In this document: piece by piece, positions 29,395 through 38,353 of the stretch
How the letters are laid out: the number at the start of each line of letters is the position of its first letter
Numbering within the stretch: position 1 is the first letter of the stretch
DNA from: an uncultured Gemmatimonadota bacterium
GTDB taxonomy: Bacteria > Gemmatimonadota > CAZMKB01 > CAZNLH01
NCBI GenBank assembly: GCA_964573995.1
Contig: CAZNLH010000005.1
Span: forward strand, 12,465 to 76,464
Reading direction: 5' to 3'
DNA: 64,000 bases
Position numbers and translations under genes: made by a program
The notes under the pieces: generated by a model
Told to the model about the DNA's origin: nothing
Seen by the model: only the letters and a program-made list of their open reading frames with translations
The model's database searches: none

Positions 29395-30427
29395 AGTATT
29401 TGTAAAATGCCCTTCCGATCCCCCTGCAAACGAACGCCGGTGTATGCTTGATCAATACGTTCCCTATTCTAACCGGCAGACCGTTTAGGTTCGATGGCGA
29501 TGATCTGGCAACAAAGGAATAACGCAGCGGCCGCTCCTCCGCCCCCCATCCATTCTTGAAACTTCGCAGCCCCGTGTTCCTCGTCCTGGTCTTCCCAAAA
29601 TCGAACATATCATACTTGTTGAGGCAGGCCCATTCTATGGCCTTCCACAGCACGAGATCATTGGATCCCATTCTTACGTAATCATAGTCAGAAGCACTGT
29701 ACTTGTAAGTCACAGTGGACCCGTACTGCAAGAAAACCGCCCCAGCCACCGGATGCAGGCCCTTGCGAGCGATGAGGACGAATCCCCTTTCGGTCTGGAT
29801 GAAGCGATCCCATAGCAATTCAATGAATCTCCTGGGTTGCACCGGAACACCCAATCTCCTCCTTGTGCCGACCTGGAGTTCGTAAAAAAAGGATAGATCT
29901 CTCATTGAATGGCATCGATGCACCTCTATCCCGTTTCTAATGGCCTTCCTTATCTCGTACCGCACTCCCTTCTTCCTGAATTTCCTGAAGACGACATCGG
30001 GATCGTGATCCAGGTACAATTTGTGCATCACGAACCCATCATCGAAGTAGATATCATCCATAGGGGGGACGGAGGATCGAATTTCTATCGCCTTGAGACC
30101 CCTTCTTTCTCGCATGTCTCGAAGATATCCTATAATATATTGGAGGTCTCCGCCATCAGAACAAAGCGGCGGGCAATAATCTGAAAAAGGAAGGCAAACC
30201 CATCGCCTTCCCCCCAAGGGGCCGGATACCTCGAGAAAGGGGGCGCCTGCACGCACGTTCCCGGCGGAATCGATGCTTGCACAGGCATAAGGTTTGTATC
30301 CGTAAGCGTCTGAAAGGAGTCCCAGCCACTCAGGGCTATGAAATATGCACGAATCGGGATGGTTCTCGACGAAGTCTATCCATCGGTCGTCATCCAGTGG
30401 TTCTATGACCTCTATATTCACTTCCAT
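29387..30427 (-). CDS. FemAB-like / GNAT-fold acyl- or aminoacyl-transferase
   Basis: 346 aa. N-terminus ..WIDFVENHPDSCIFHSPEWLGLL.. and overall layout resemble the FemAB-related proteins encoded in exosortase/PEP-CTERM EPS loci. Confidence 0.5.
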   Translation of the reverse strand: MEVNIEVIEPLDDDRWIDFVENHPDSCIFHSPEWLGLLSDAYGYKPYACASIDSAGNVRAGAPFLEVSGPLGGRRWVCLPFSDYCPPLCSDGGDLQYIIGYLRDMRERRGLKAIEIRSSVPPMDDIYFDDGFVMHKLYLDHDPDVVFRKFRKKGVRYEIRKAIRNGIEVHRCHSMRDLSFFYELQVGTRRRLGVPVQPRRFIELLWDRFIQTERGFVLIARKGLHPVAGAVFLQYGSTVTYKYSASDYDYVRMGSNDLVLWKAIEWACLNKYDMFDFGKTRTRNTGLRSFKNGWGAEERPLRYSFVARSSPSNLNGLPVRIGNVLIKHTPAFVCRGIGRAFYKYFA

Positions 30428-30442
30428 TCCCCGCTACTCCCC

Positions 30443-31615
30443 TCAGCAAGCGCCGTCAGCAGCCTCTTCAAATAGTTCGATCGTCTCCATCGCGTTGCTT
30501 TCCCACGAGAATGCCTGGGCCCTCTTGAGCCCCCTTTCCACCAAGTCCGCGGCTAGGGAAGGATCCGACAGCACGCTCCATATCGCATCGGCAAATTGTC
30601 CGGTGTTCAATGGATCGATCACCAGTGCCCCATCTCCGACAATTTCCGGTACCGCACACAAATTCGAAGCAATAACGGGCGTGCCGCACGCCATCGCCTC
30701 CAGTGGTGGTATCCCGAAGGTCTCCAGAGAAGACGGGTAGACAAACAGATCGGCGCACCTGTAAAAGCCGACCAGCTTGTCCCTCGGTAGAGAATCCAGG
30801 AAGAAAACACGCTCGGCTATCCCGAGTTCCCGGGCCGCTTCGCGCACCTTCTTACGATACCCCATGATACTGTTACCGATCATGATGACGTTGTGCGGAG
30901 CGTCGTGCATCCTGAGTACTTCCCTGAACGCCCTGAGGAAAGGTATCGGGTTCTTGTACGGCCTGATATCAGAAATCCACAACAGGTAATTTTCGTTGAA
31001 TCCCACCTCCCTCCCCAACAATGCGTGATAATCGGATTCCGGGCGTTCCATGTTGAATACTTCGTGATCCACGGATTCATAAATCACCCTTATCTTCTTG
31101 CCCGAAATTCCGCTCAACCTGATGATCTCACCCTTGGTAAAGTGGGAATTGGCGATAATGCGCACCGAACGACCGGCCTTCTTCCCAAACGAGAGCCGGT
31201 GATACAGCGAACGAAATAGCCCCACCTGCCTGGGAAAATAGAACTGTTGGAGTCCCGTGATCTTCCAGACCTCGCGTGCCTCCAATTTTCGGAATAGGGG
31301 GACAGGATTACAGGTATAATGGACATCTATACCAAAACGCCCGCAAAGCCCCGGGATACCGATCTCCTGGAAGGCCAGCCTCTGCAGCCTGCTACTCCCG
31401 AACGAGACGTCTACAAAGTGCAGGTTGCGCCCCGGCGAATGAATGCGTTCCAGATAGAAAGTCTTTAGCGACGGCGTCACGAAGACATAAAATTCCATGG
31501 CGGGCGCGAGGCCCGGGTATGTCCGCAACATGCTTACCCATATGCCAACAGCGCCGCTCTTCCCCGGAATCGTGGACAGGAGATCAACTCCCACGCTTAT
31601 TCCCTTTGATCGCAA
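30443..31615 (-). CDS. GT4-family glycosyltransferase
   Basis: 390 aa. C-terminal GT-B motifs ..LVYPSSLETFGIPPLEAMACGTPVIASN... Confidence 0.75.
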   Translation of the reverse strand: MRSKGISVGVDLLSTIPGKSGAVGIWVSMLRTYPGLAPAMEFYVFVTPSLKTFYLERIHSPGRNLHFVDVSFGSSRLQRLAFQEIGIPGLCGRFGIDVHYTCNPVPLFRKLEAREVWKITGLQQFYFPRQVGLFRSLYHRLSFGKKAGRSVRIIANSHFTKGEIIRLSGISGKKIRVIYESVDHEVFNMERPESDYHALLGREVGFNENYLLWISDIRPYKNPIPFLRAFREVLRMHDAPHNVIMIGNSIMGYRKKVREAARELGIAERVFFLDSLPRDKLVGFYRCADLFVYPSSLETFGIPPLEAMACGTPVIASNLCAVPEIVGDGALVIDPLNTGQFADAIWSVLSDPSLAADLVERGLKRAQAFSWESNAMETIELFEEAADGAC

Positions 31616-31634
31616 TACCCCCTACCCCCAAATA

Positions 31635-32366
31635 TCAGGTCTTCCTCGCTACCCAACAATAGTGTCCGGCGAACTTCAACTTTACGATATTTACCTCTTT
31701 CGCCGAAAGGCGTTTCAATTTCCCTACGATATTAAAGATGCGGTTCAACGGAGACTCGGATTCCCAGAATCTCATGCCTATCCATGATGAGATCCTTTCG
31801 TTGGAAACCCCCCTTATCAATTTTATAATGACGAGGCTTAAAAAATCGATCCCGGGGGCCAGAAGATTCAACCTGAAGCCGTTACGATCCAGCAAAGACT
31901 TCAGGCCGAAGGGGGTCATGTTGAAGGTGGACATCGCATGAAAGGGCTCCAGTTGAGCAACAGACCCGATAAAATAGCCTTCGCCCTTCGTAACCCTGCC
32001 GATTTCCGAAAGGCAGCGATCGGGCTCCTGTAGATGCTCCAGGACCTGCGCGGAAAAAACAATGTCAAATGACCGGTCAGGAAAAGGGAGGTTGATACCA
32101 TCATACACTACAATGGGAGAATCGCTCGACTCTATGTCGACACCGGTCCACAGCAACCCCAGGCCCTCCAGAACCCCCTTGTGTGGACAGGACGGTCCAC
32201 AACCAAAATCCAGGACACGAAACCGCGGGGGATCGTCCATTTCGCCACGAGAGACACCGTCCAGGGTTTCCTCCAAAATCGATATGGCGTCCCTCTGGCG
32301 ACAATCGGTTGAAAGGATGAACTCGCTGAAAAGCCTATAGAAGTCTGTATTGTCGACGGGTTTCAT
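31635..32366 (-). CDS. class I SAM-dependent methyltransferase
   Basis: 243 aa. Motif I VLDFGCGPS. Rossmann-like MT fold. Confidence 0.7.
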   Translation of the reverse strand: MKPVDNTDFYRLFSEFILSTDCRQRDAISILEETLDGVSRGEMDDPPRFRVLDFGCGPSCPHKGVLEGLGLLWTGVDIESSDSPIVVYDGINLPFPDRSFDIVFSAQVLEHLQEPDRCLSEIGRVTKGEGYFIGSVAQLEPFHAMSTFNMTPFGLKSLLDRNGFRLNLLAPGIDFLSLVIIKLIRGVSNERISSWIGMRFWESESPLNRIFNIVGKLKRLSAKEVNIVKLKFAGHYCWVARKT

Positions 32367-32399
32367 GGTCCTTGGCGCCGCCCCCTTCGAGCCTTCCGG

Positions 32400-33341
32400 T
32401 TACTTCGGACTAAACCCTTTCAAGAAAAATATCCTGAACGCCCCTGCAAGGAAGCCGGCGTCGGATTTAATCCTGACCATCCAATACGTCCTGGCTGCAG
32501 TCGACGACAAGAGATAACCAATATAATTCCTCACGAAATTGATTGTGATCTTCTTCAATGCGGAGGCGGCTATCCAGGTCTTCCCCAGGACGTCACATTC
32601 CGCGAGACACCGCGAAAGCCCATGCCGGTAGGCTTGGTCCAACACGGCACTCTCAAGGAAACGGCTCTCCTCCTGTTCATGGTAGACAACAATCGATGGG
32701 CTGTAACCGATAGTCAGTCCCCTTGCCTTCGCGCGAAGGCAAAGGTGATATTCCTCCTCGGCAAATTTGTTTTCTCCGACGCGACCGAACGAGGAATGAA
32801 ATCCTCCCAAGATATCGAATACCTTCCGCTTGCAAGAAAAGTTGCAGCCATGCACGCCGCTCCTCCGTCGCTTCAGGATAACAGATTCCGGTCCAAGGTC
32901 GAACGCTCCGGTTCCCTCAATGACCCTTGGGTCCACACCCGCAGGAACACCCAGGGGGCGCGACAGGGTCCTGCCGCCTATGATGTCGGCCCCAAGCGTC
33001 CTGTAGGCTCCGGCCATTTCGAGAAGCCAGTCCGGGGCCACGACGGCATCGTCATCCACGAAGGCGATTATCTCGCCCCGGCTTTCTTCTATCCCCCTGT
33101 TCCTGGCCCTGGACAGGCCGAGTTCGGCCTCGTAGACGTATTGAAAGACGATGTCGCCGCCCGCCTTTAGAGAGATGAAATCGAGCACCCTCTCCCTTGT
33201 GTCGTCCCGCGAGGAGTTGTCGACGGTGAGCACCTCAACCTCGCCCACCTCGTCGCTCACCTTGGCGCCGGCAATACTATCGAGACACCTCAGGACCCTC
33301 TCCTCCCCGTTGTATGTGCAGACAATGACGCTGATTACCAT
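32400..33341 (-). CDS. GT2-family glycosyltransferase
   Basis: 313 aa. N-terminus MVISVIVCTYNGEERVLRCLDSI, VDNSSRDDT, AFVDDDAV (DxD). Confidence 0.75.
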   Translation of the reverse strand: MVISVIVCTYNGEERVLRCLDSIAGAKVSDEVGEVEVLTVDNSSRDDTRERVLDFISLKAGGDIVFQYVYEAELGLSRARNRGIEESRGEIIAFVDDDAVVAPDWLLEMAGAYRTLGADIIGGRTLSRPLGVPAGVDPRVIEGTGAFDLGPESVILKRRRSGVHGCNFSCKRKVFDILGGFHSSFGRVGENKFAEEEYHLCLRAKARGLTIGYSPSIVVYHEQEESRFLESAVLDQAYRHGLSRCLAECDVLGKTWIAASALKKITINFVRNYIGYLLSSTAARTYWMVRIKSDAGFLAGAFRIFFLKGFSPK

Positions 33342-33347
33342 GCTAAT

Positions 33348-34172
33348 CTACCGCGCAGGCCTCCAGGCCCCCCTGCAGGCCGGCATGCACGCGCCCTGGT
33401 TCTTCTGCCTCGATGACTCACTCGCCGATGCAACGACCAAGTTGCCGAACGGGAGGTCCGAGGACTTCATAATCTTGCTCAAGACGAGGAAAGCCCATTG
33501 AATGGCCAGGCAGATGATCTTCACCGGGTAATACGTGTATAGATTCCCGCCCGCCCACCTGTCTATGGAACAACTCATCAACATTCCTATACTCGTCATG
33601 GTCGTCCCATACGGCATGATCGATAAGACACGAAGGCCATTTTCCCCCAAGATATGTTCCAGGCCCCACCTCGTAAACCTGAGATAATCGCAGGGACTCT
33701 CATGGTAGAACCAGACAAAAGGGGCCGTTAAGATCAGGACCCCTCCATCTTTCAGGACCCTTCTTGCCTCGGATAGAAATACCCCCGGGTCGGCAATGTG
33801 CTCGATGAGTTCTGATGCGAGAAGGGTGTCCACGCTGTTTGACTTGAACGGCAAGGCGAGCGCGTTGGCAACGATATCGGGCATCGGAGGTTGCCTTTGA
33901 GAATAGCCTATCATTTTCCTGACAATCTTCGGCATCCCGACGGGCCTTGCAAGGCTTACCCCCTTTCTGAAATCGGGGGTGAGATCGAGGCCGATATATC
34001 TATCTACACTATCCTCAAAGACATGGCGATATGGTTTGGAACCGCACCCTACATCCAGCAGTACCCCTGAGGAGAACCGTCCCGCCCTCCGGACCGCCTC
34101 CAGCAACAACCTGTAGGGAATCGCATCGGTCCTGAGAAACCTGTTTATTCTTCTTATGATATTTATCAGCAT
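33348..34172 (-). CDS. SAM-dependent methyltransferase
   Basis: 274 aa. Motif I LLDVGCGSKPY and downstream acidic motif II. Confidence 0.65.
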   Translation of the reverse strand: MLINIIRRINRFLRTDAIPYRLLLEAVRRAGRFSSGVLLDVGCGSKPYRHVFEDSVDRYIGLDLTPDFRKGVSLARPVGMPKIVRKMIGYSQRQPPMPDIVANALALPFKSNSVDTLLASELIEHIADPGVFLSEARRVLKDGGVLILTAPFVWFYHESPCDYLRFTRWGLEHILGENGLRVLSIMPYGTTMTSIGMLMSCSIDRWAGGNLYTYYPVKIICLAIQWAFLVLSKIMKSSDLPFGNLVVASASESSRQKNQGACMPACRGAWRPAR

Positions 34173-34211
34173 GATTGTCTTTTAAGGATCATGGTCCCCC
34201 TTTTTTTCGTC

Positions 34212-35630
34212 TTATGTGGATCGGCAGCCTTCAGTGCGCCAGAGCGCGTAACCTACAAGTGACCAGAAGATGATGTTCGGAATACCCACTTCAAGCGCAT
34301 AAGTGTAGAATAATAATAGTGGGAGGAGTAGAGTATACAAGATAATCGTAAAACCGATCTCCCGGTCGAGGGATCCCTCGTTCAACATCCGCCATCCGAT
34401 CCGCAATAATATGACGATGATCGCCAGTATCGCGACATAGCCGAGCAGCCCGTATTCCAACAGGATATGAGACAGGCTCCCCCTCCAGAACATAAACGCC
34501 CCTGCAGCCTTTATCACGCTCCCAGATATTCCCAATGTCTGGCTCGCGGTAGCGCTACCGCACCCAAAACCGGATAGAAGAGTGCTCGGTGAGCCTGAAA
34601 CCTTCGCGAAGGAGATTTGCAGGCTTGCCAGCCGCCCCACGTCATAATAACCGGTCTCGGGCAGGTAGCGGATGTTTTCGACATACTTTGAAGTCAAATC
34701 GGGGAACAGGACGTATGAGAGTGGGGTCTCCCCCTTGAAAAACATGGAATAAAGCGTCAAGAAACCCCACGCGGACAGGGCGCCAACCCCCAGGTACAAG
34801 GCCTTCTTTACAACAGTCCCGTGTTTCTTCAATACGATGATTGACAACGCCAAAACAGTCATAATTACGATAAAGACCTTCCCTTCGCAAAAAACCGAGG
34901 AGACGGCACTGACTCCAAGCGACACCACGAATGGCCACAAGTCATCATTCACGATAAAGCGGGCAGCCGCCCAACAGCATACTATGGTGTCCAAGAGGAT
35001 CAGTTCATGGGTGCCGAGGAGTCCGAAGGTACCGGCCAGGCTGTCTCCCGGCGGGATACCGGAGAGGTATTCGGGTATTTGAATAAGCAACTCGAAGATA
35101 ATCAGCGAAAGGCACACCCAGAAAAAGCCCCTGACAAACCTGTCGGGAATATCAAGGGCGTAAAATAGGTACAAGGCTATGATGACGTACTTGAACATTA
35201 CGAACCAGCCCCAGGCGATCGCGAGGAACGACTCGCCGAGCGTAAGCGCCCTTATGATACCGAACAGGGAGATAACGAAAATGGGGAAGGCTATCGCAGG
35301 GACTCGCTTCTTGTGAACCGTCACATTCAGGAAGATCTTCAGAATAGCCACACCGATTACGAAATGAGAGATCCACTGGACCTCCTTGGGAAGAAGGGCC
35401 TTACCGTTCCAATTCCATGCATAGAATAAATCGCCGATAAAGGCGATGCTTATCCAGATTACCTCCTTGTCCCAGAGGAAGAAGGCAAGGATACACAGGT
35501 CTATTCCCAGGACCAGCGCGAGGGATGGTCCATATAACGCCACAACGGCACAACAAAGCGCCAAGGCCACATAAACAGGCAATGCGGTCCGGCTCGGGAA
35601 ATAGTATCTCGACAGTTCAGTGACCTTCAT
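34212..35630 (-). CDS. Wzy-type polysaccharide polymerase / O-antigen-ligase-family membrane protein
   Basis: 472 aa, about 10-12 hydrophobic segments with a larger periplasmic loop mid-protein. Position between flippase and modification genes. Confidence 0.55.
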   Translation of the reverse strand: MKVTELSRYYFPSRTALPVYVALALCCAVVALYGPSLALVLGIDLCILAFFLWDKEVIWISIAFIGDLFYAWNWNGKALLPKEVQWISHFVIGVAILKIFLNVTVHKKRVPAIAFPIFVISLFGIIRALTLGESFLAIAWGWFVMFKYVIIALYLFYALDIPDRFVRGFFWVCLSLIIFELLIQIPEYLSGIPPGDSLAGTFGLLGTHELILLDTIVCCWAAARFIVNDDLWPFVVSLGVSAVSSVFCEGKVFIVIMTVLALSIIVLKKHGTVVKKALYLGVGALSAWGFLTLYSMFFKGETPLSYVLFPDLTSKYVENIRYLPETGYYDVGRLASLQISFAKVSGSPSTLLSGFGCGSATASQTLGISGSVIKAAGAFMFWRGSLSHILLEYGLLGYVAILAIIVILLRIGWRMLNEGSLDREIGFTIILYTLLLPLLLFYTYALEVGIPNIIFWSLVGYALWRTEGCRST

Positions 35631-35683
35631 CCCCTTGAATACTCCTTCCGAGTCTCACGATCGTCCATGATTCCGTCCCATGC

Positions 35684-37009
35684 CTACGTCTTTTCCACGG
35701 GTACACCGGCCCTCCCGCGTAGTAACAACAGCAATTCCGCCCTCTTTCCCCAGAGAGAGGACATGGAAAAGACTTGGTCCCACGAGATCCGCACGGTGTC
35801 TTTCAATCCCATGTAGCCCATGAACAGGACCGCCACCTCGGTGATGATGGTCGCGATGGCCGCCCCAACCATGGAAAAGATAGGAATCAGTAGAAAATTC
35901 AGGAGAAGATTGATAAAGGCGCCGATGGAGGCATTGAGCAGGTAACGATTCTGCCGGTTCACAGCGAGGAGACAGAAGCCCAACAGGCCGCTCGCGAACG
36001 CGATCGGCACGTCGAGTATCAATATCCTGAAGACGAGGCTGCTTGCCATGTAAGACTCCCCGTATACCGTCCGGATTATCAACGGCGCGAGCCATATCAG
36101 TACGGCCGCGATCGGCACCGATACCGCCACTGCCAGTGCCAGAGAATTAGAGATCCAGGTGGACAGTTTCTGCCTCGATTCCTCGAAATACCTCGCAAGG
36201 AGCGGGTACACGGCACGGTGATAGAGAAGGCCCATAGTCATCAATATGACGACAATCTTGCATGCTGCGCTGTAAAATCCGACAACCTCCTTTCCCTTCA
36301 TGAACCCCAGCATCACCATGTCGAAGTAGTAATAGACGGCGACAAGGAAGAAGGCGACCCCCATCGGCAGACTCTGCCTTAACATCTTTCCCCACAATTG
36401 AAAGTCGAAGCGAAGGCGGGGAATCCTGTCCTGCCGGGCCAAAAAGAACAAGAGGATCGAGGCTCCGAGGACCCCTGAAAAGGCCTGTATGATAGGGACC
36501 CTCAATATATCGGAGGGGAACCGCACAAGTCCTATCAATAACCCCACGTAGACCAGTCTCTGCACAACCTGTGCGGTCGAGATCACCTCCATCTTCTCAA
36601 TGCCCTGGAAAAACCACTCGATCGTAAACACAAAGGTGAAAAGTGAAAGGCCATAATACAGCAAGAGTATCCTGAGTTCTTCTTCCTTGAGTATCCACCA
36701 TGAAAAGATGGCGAGTAGGACGTAGGCCACGAGCGATGCCAACACCTTTATGGTGATGATATTGTCTACGTACCTGTGCATCTTGTCCCTGTACCGGGCC
36801 ACCTCCCTGGTCCCGAAGTGGTCAAGGCCGAGATTGACGAAGAACATGAAATAGGCCAATATCGCCTGGATAAAACCCAGTTCGCCGAATCGATCGGCTC
36901 CAAGGACCCTTGCAAGGTAAACGATCCCGACGAACCCCAGGCCACGGCAGACAACCTGGGCAGAGGAAAGGAAGAGGAAGTTCTTAAAGACGCGCTGGAC
37001 GGCAGACAT
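35684..37009 (-). CDS. Wzx-type oligosaccharide flippase (MOP/PST superfamily)
   Basis: 441 aa, ~12 TM. N-terminus MSAVQRVFKNFLFLSSAQVVCRGLGFVGIVYLARVLGADRFGELGF typical of polysaccharide-biosynthesis PST proteins. Confidence 0.7.
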   Translation of the reverse strand: MSAVQRVFKNFLFLSSAQVVCRGLGFVGIVYLARVLGADRFGELGFIQAILAYFMFFVNLGLDHFGTREVARYRDKMHRYVDNIITIKVLASLVAYVLLAIFSWWILKEEELRILLLYYGLSLFTFVFTIEWFFQGIEKMEVISTAQVVQRLVYVGLLIGLVRFPSDILRVPIIQAFSGVLGASILLFFLARQDRIPRLRFDFQLWGKMLRQSLPMGVAFFLVAVYYYFDMVMLGFMKGKEVVGFYSAACKIVVILMTMGLLYHRAVYPLLARYFEESRQKLSTWISNSLALAVAVSVPIAAVLIWLAPLIIRTVYGESYMASSLVFRILILDVPIAFASGLLGFCLLAVNRQNRYLLNASIGAFINLLLNFLLIPIFSMVGAAIATIITEVAVLFMGYMGLKDTVRISWDQVFSMSSLWGKRAELLLLLRGRAGVPVEKT

Positions 37010-37217
37010 TGGCAGTCTTGATCAGGATTATCTTCTTCTTTTCAATCATCTCGAACGCCAAGGGAGCAATTCCAAACTGGAAAGGGGACAACTGCACACA
37101 CCTGAATGGGGGCCCCTTTATAGCAATAGGGGGAAAGGGAGCAGGACAACTACCCCCTTCCCCCCTGTCGAGATACGTTACGCCACCCGGTCGACCCGGG
37201 ATTATACCAACCCCGTT

Positions 37218-38321
37218 CTAATTTCCGCGAACCCTGAAATTCTTGTCTATCTTGTTCAACTTATCAACGATTCCACCATACTCGAGTTCGCTGTACGGGA
37301 GCATGGCCGCGCCTGAGAAACCCTGCCTCCTCATCTCGTCCGCCTTGCTCGAGACCTTGTTGCGAATGTAGTCCCAGTAGGGATGGTCGAAGGCGTCGGC
37401 CGGTTCCGTCAACTTTCGATTACGTACGCAAAAGGCGAGGCAACTCACGACCGGCGGACCATCGAAGAATGAAATCGTCGAATCCTTCTTCACCGGCATC
37501 AGGGGACCAACGTGGCTTCCACGCATGAAACCGGCGACATAGTGCCCGATACCATAGGGGGCAAGGACTTCACCGGTTGCGGGAAATCCTCCCTGGACGC
37601 GAACGAGCATGACCGGATCGTCCTTGCCGGTATACTTCCCGGCAATATTGTGGAGCCTGGTCGTGCTGACCGATACGGCCAGTTCCCCGTCGGTCCTCGA
37701 TCGAATGGACTCCACGACAAACCTCTGGTTGTCCCTCAACAGGGCGGCCACATCGTACAAATCCTCTGGCGTGTTCAACTCGACCACGCGATCCCCCTCT
37801 GTATATTCCACGTCCATTATCGTGAACGTATAGCCCGCGCTCATCTTGGGGCTCAATATCAGGCCAGAGCAGAACATTGGATCGGCGAAGGCAAGGTAGA
37901 GTGGCAGGTTATAGGCACCTGGATCGGTCTTATCGGCCGCGAAGAAGAGGAAGGGCTCGTTGGGCCTGGCATCGAACTCCAGTTCCGCTACCGCCGGCCC
38001 CATCCCCTTTACGTTGCCCGAAAAGGAGTCTTTCAGCAGGTCCTGCCCCGCCCCGTACAGGCCCTGCTCCCTGGCAACCTCAGTCCCCTTGAGAAAGGCG
38101 TCCCAGGCCAGTTTGTGGACACCTTCGTCCCCAACCCCCCGGCTGTGGGTCATCAAGATCGCCACATCATCGCCCGTGCTGCCGATATAATAATCATCTA
38201 TCAAACCTCGCCCTGCCTCCTTGACGTGTGCCGCCACGGCCTCCTTTAACCTTCGGCTGGGGGCGATGTGCCCTCCTATGGAGCCAATATCCGCCTTGAT
38301 CACGCTGATAACAGTGTCCAT
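37218..38321 (-). CDS. fbp: bifunctional fructose-1,6-bisphosphate aldolase/phosphatase (archaeal-type class V FBPase)
   Basis: 367 aa, collinear with FBPA/P. N-terminus ISVIKADIGSIGGH. DDYYIGSTGDDVAILMTH. YGAGQDLLKDSFSGNVKGMGPAVAE. KTDPGAYNLPLY. IAGKYTGKDDPVMLVRVQGGFPATGEVLAPYG. MRGSHVGPLMPV. FDGPP. Confidence 0.8.
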   Translation of the reverse strand: MDTVISVIKADIGSIGGHIAPSRRLKEAVAAHVKEAGRGLIDDYYIGSTGDDVAILMTHSRGVGDEGVHKLAWDAFLKGTEVAREQGLYGAGQDLLKDSFSGNVKGMGPAVAELEFDARPNEPFLFFAADKTDPGAYNLPLYLAFADPMFCSGLILSPKMSAGYTFTIMDVEYTEGDRVVELNTPEDLYDVAALLRDNQRFVVESIRSRTDGELAVSVSTTRLHNIAGKYTGKDDPVMLVRVQGGFPATGEVLAPYGIGHYVAGFMRGSHVGPLMPVKKDSTISFFDGPPVVSCLAFCVRNRKLTEPADAFDHPYWDYIRNKVSSKADEMRRQGFSGAAMLPYSELEYGGIVDKLNKIDKNFRVRGN

Positions 38322-38353
38322 CTTACGGATCCCTCTCTTTCCGTTTTTTTGGA

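Noticed and set aside
34196-34209. C5T7 tract between the methyltransferase start and wzy stop, considered as a phase-variation site
   Set aside because: The tract is short (5+7) and intergenic. It is probably just part of the RBS spacer.
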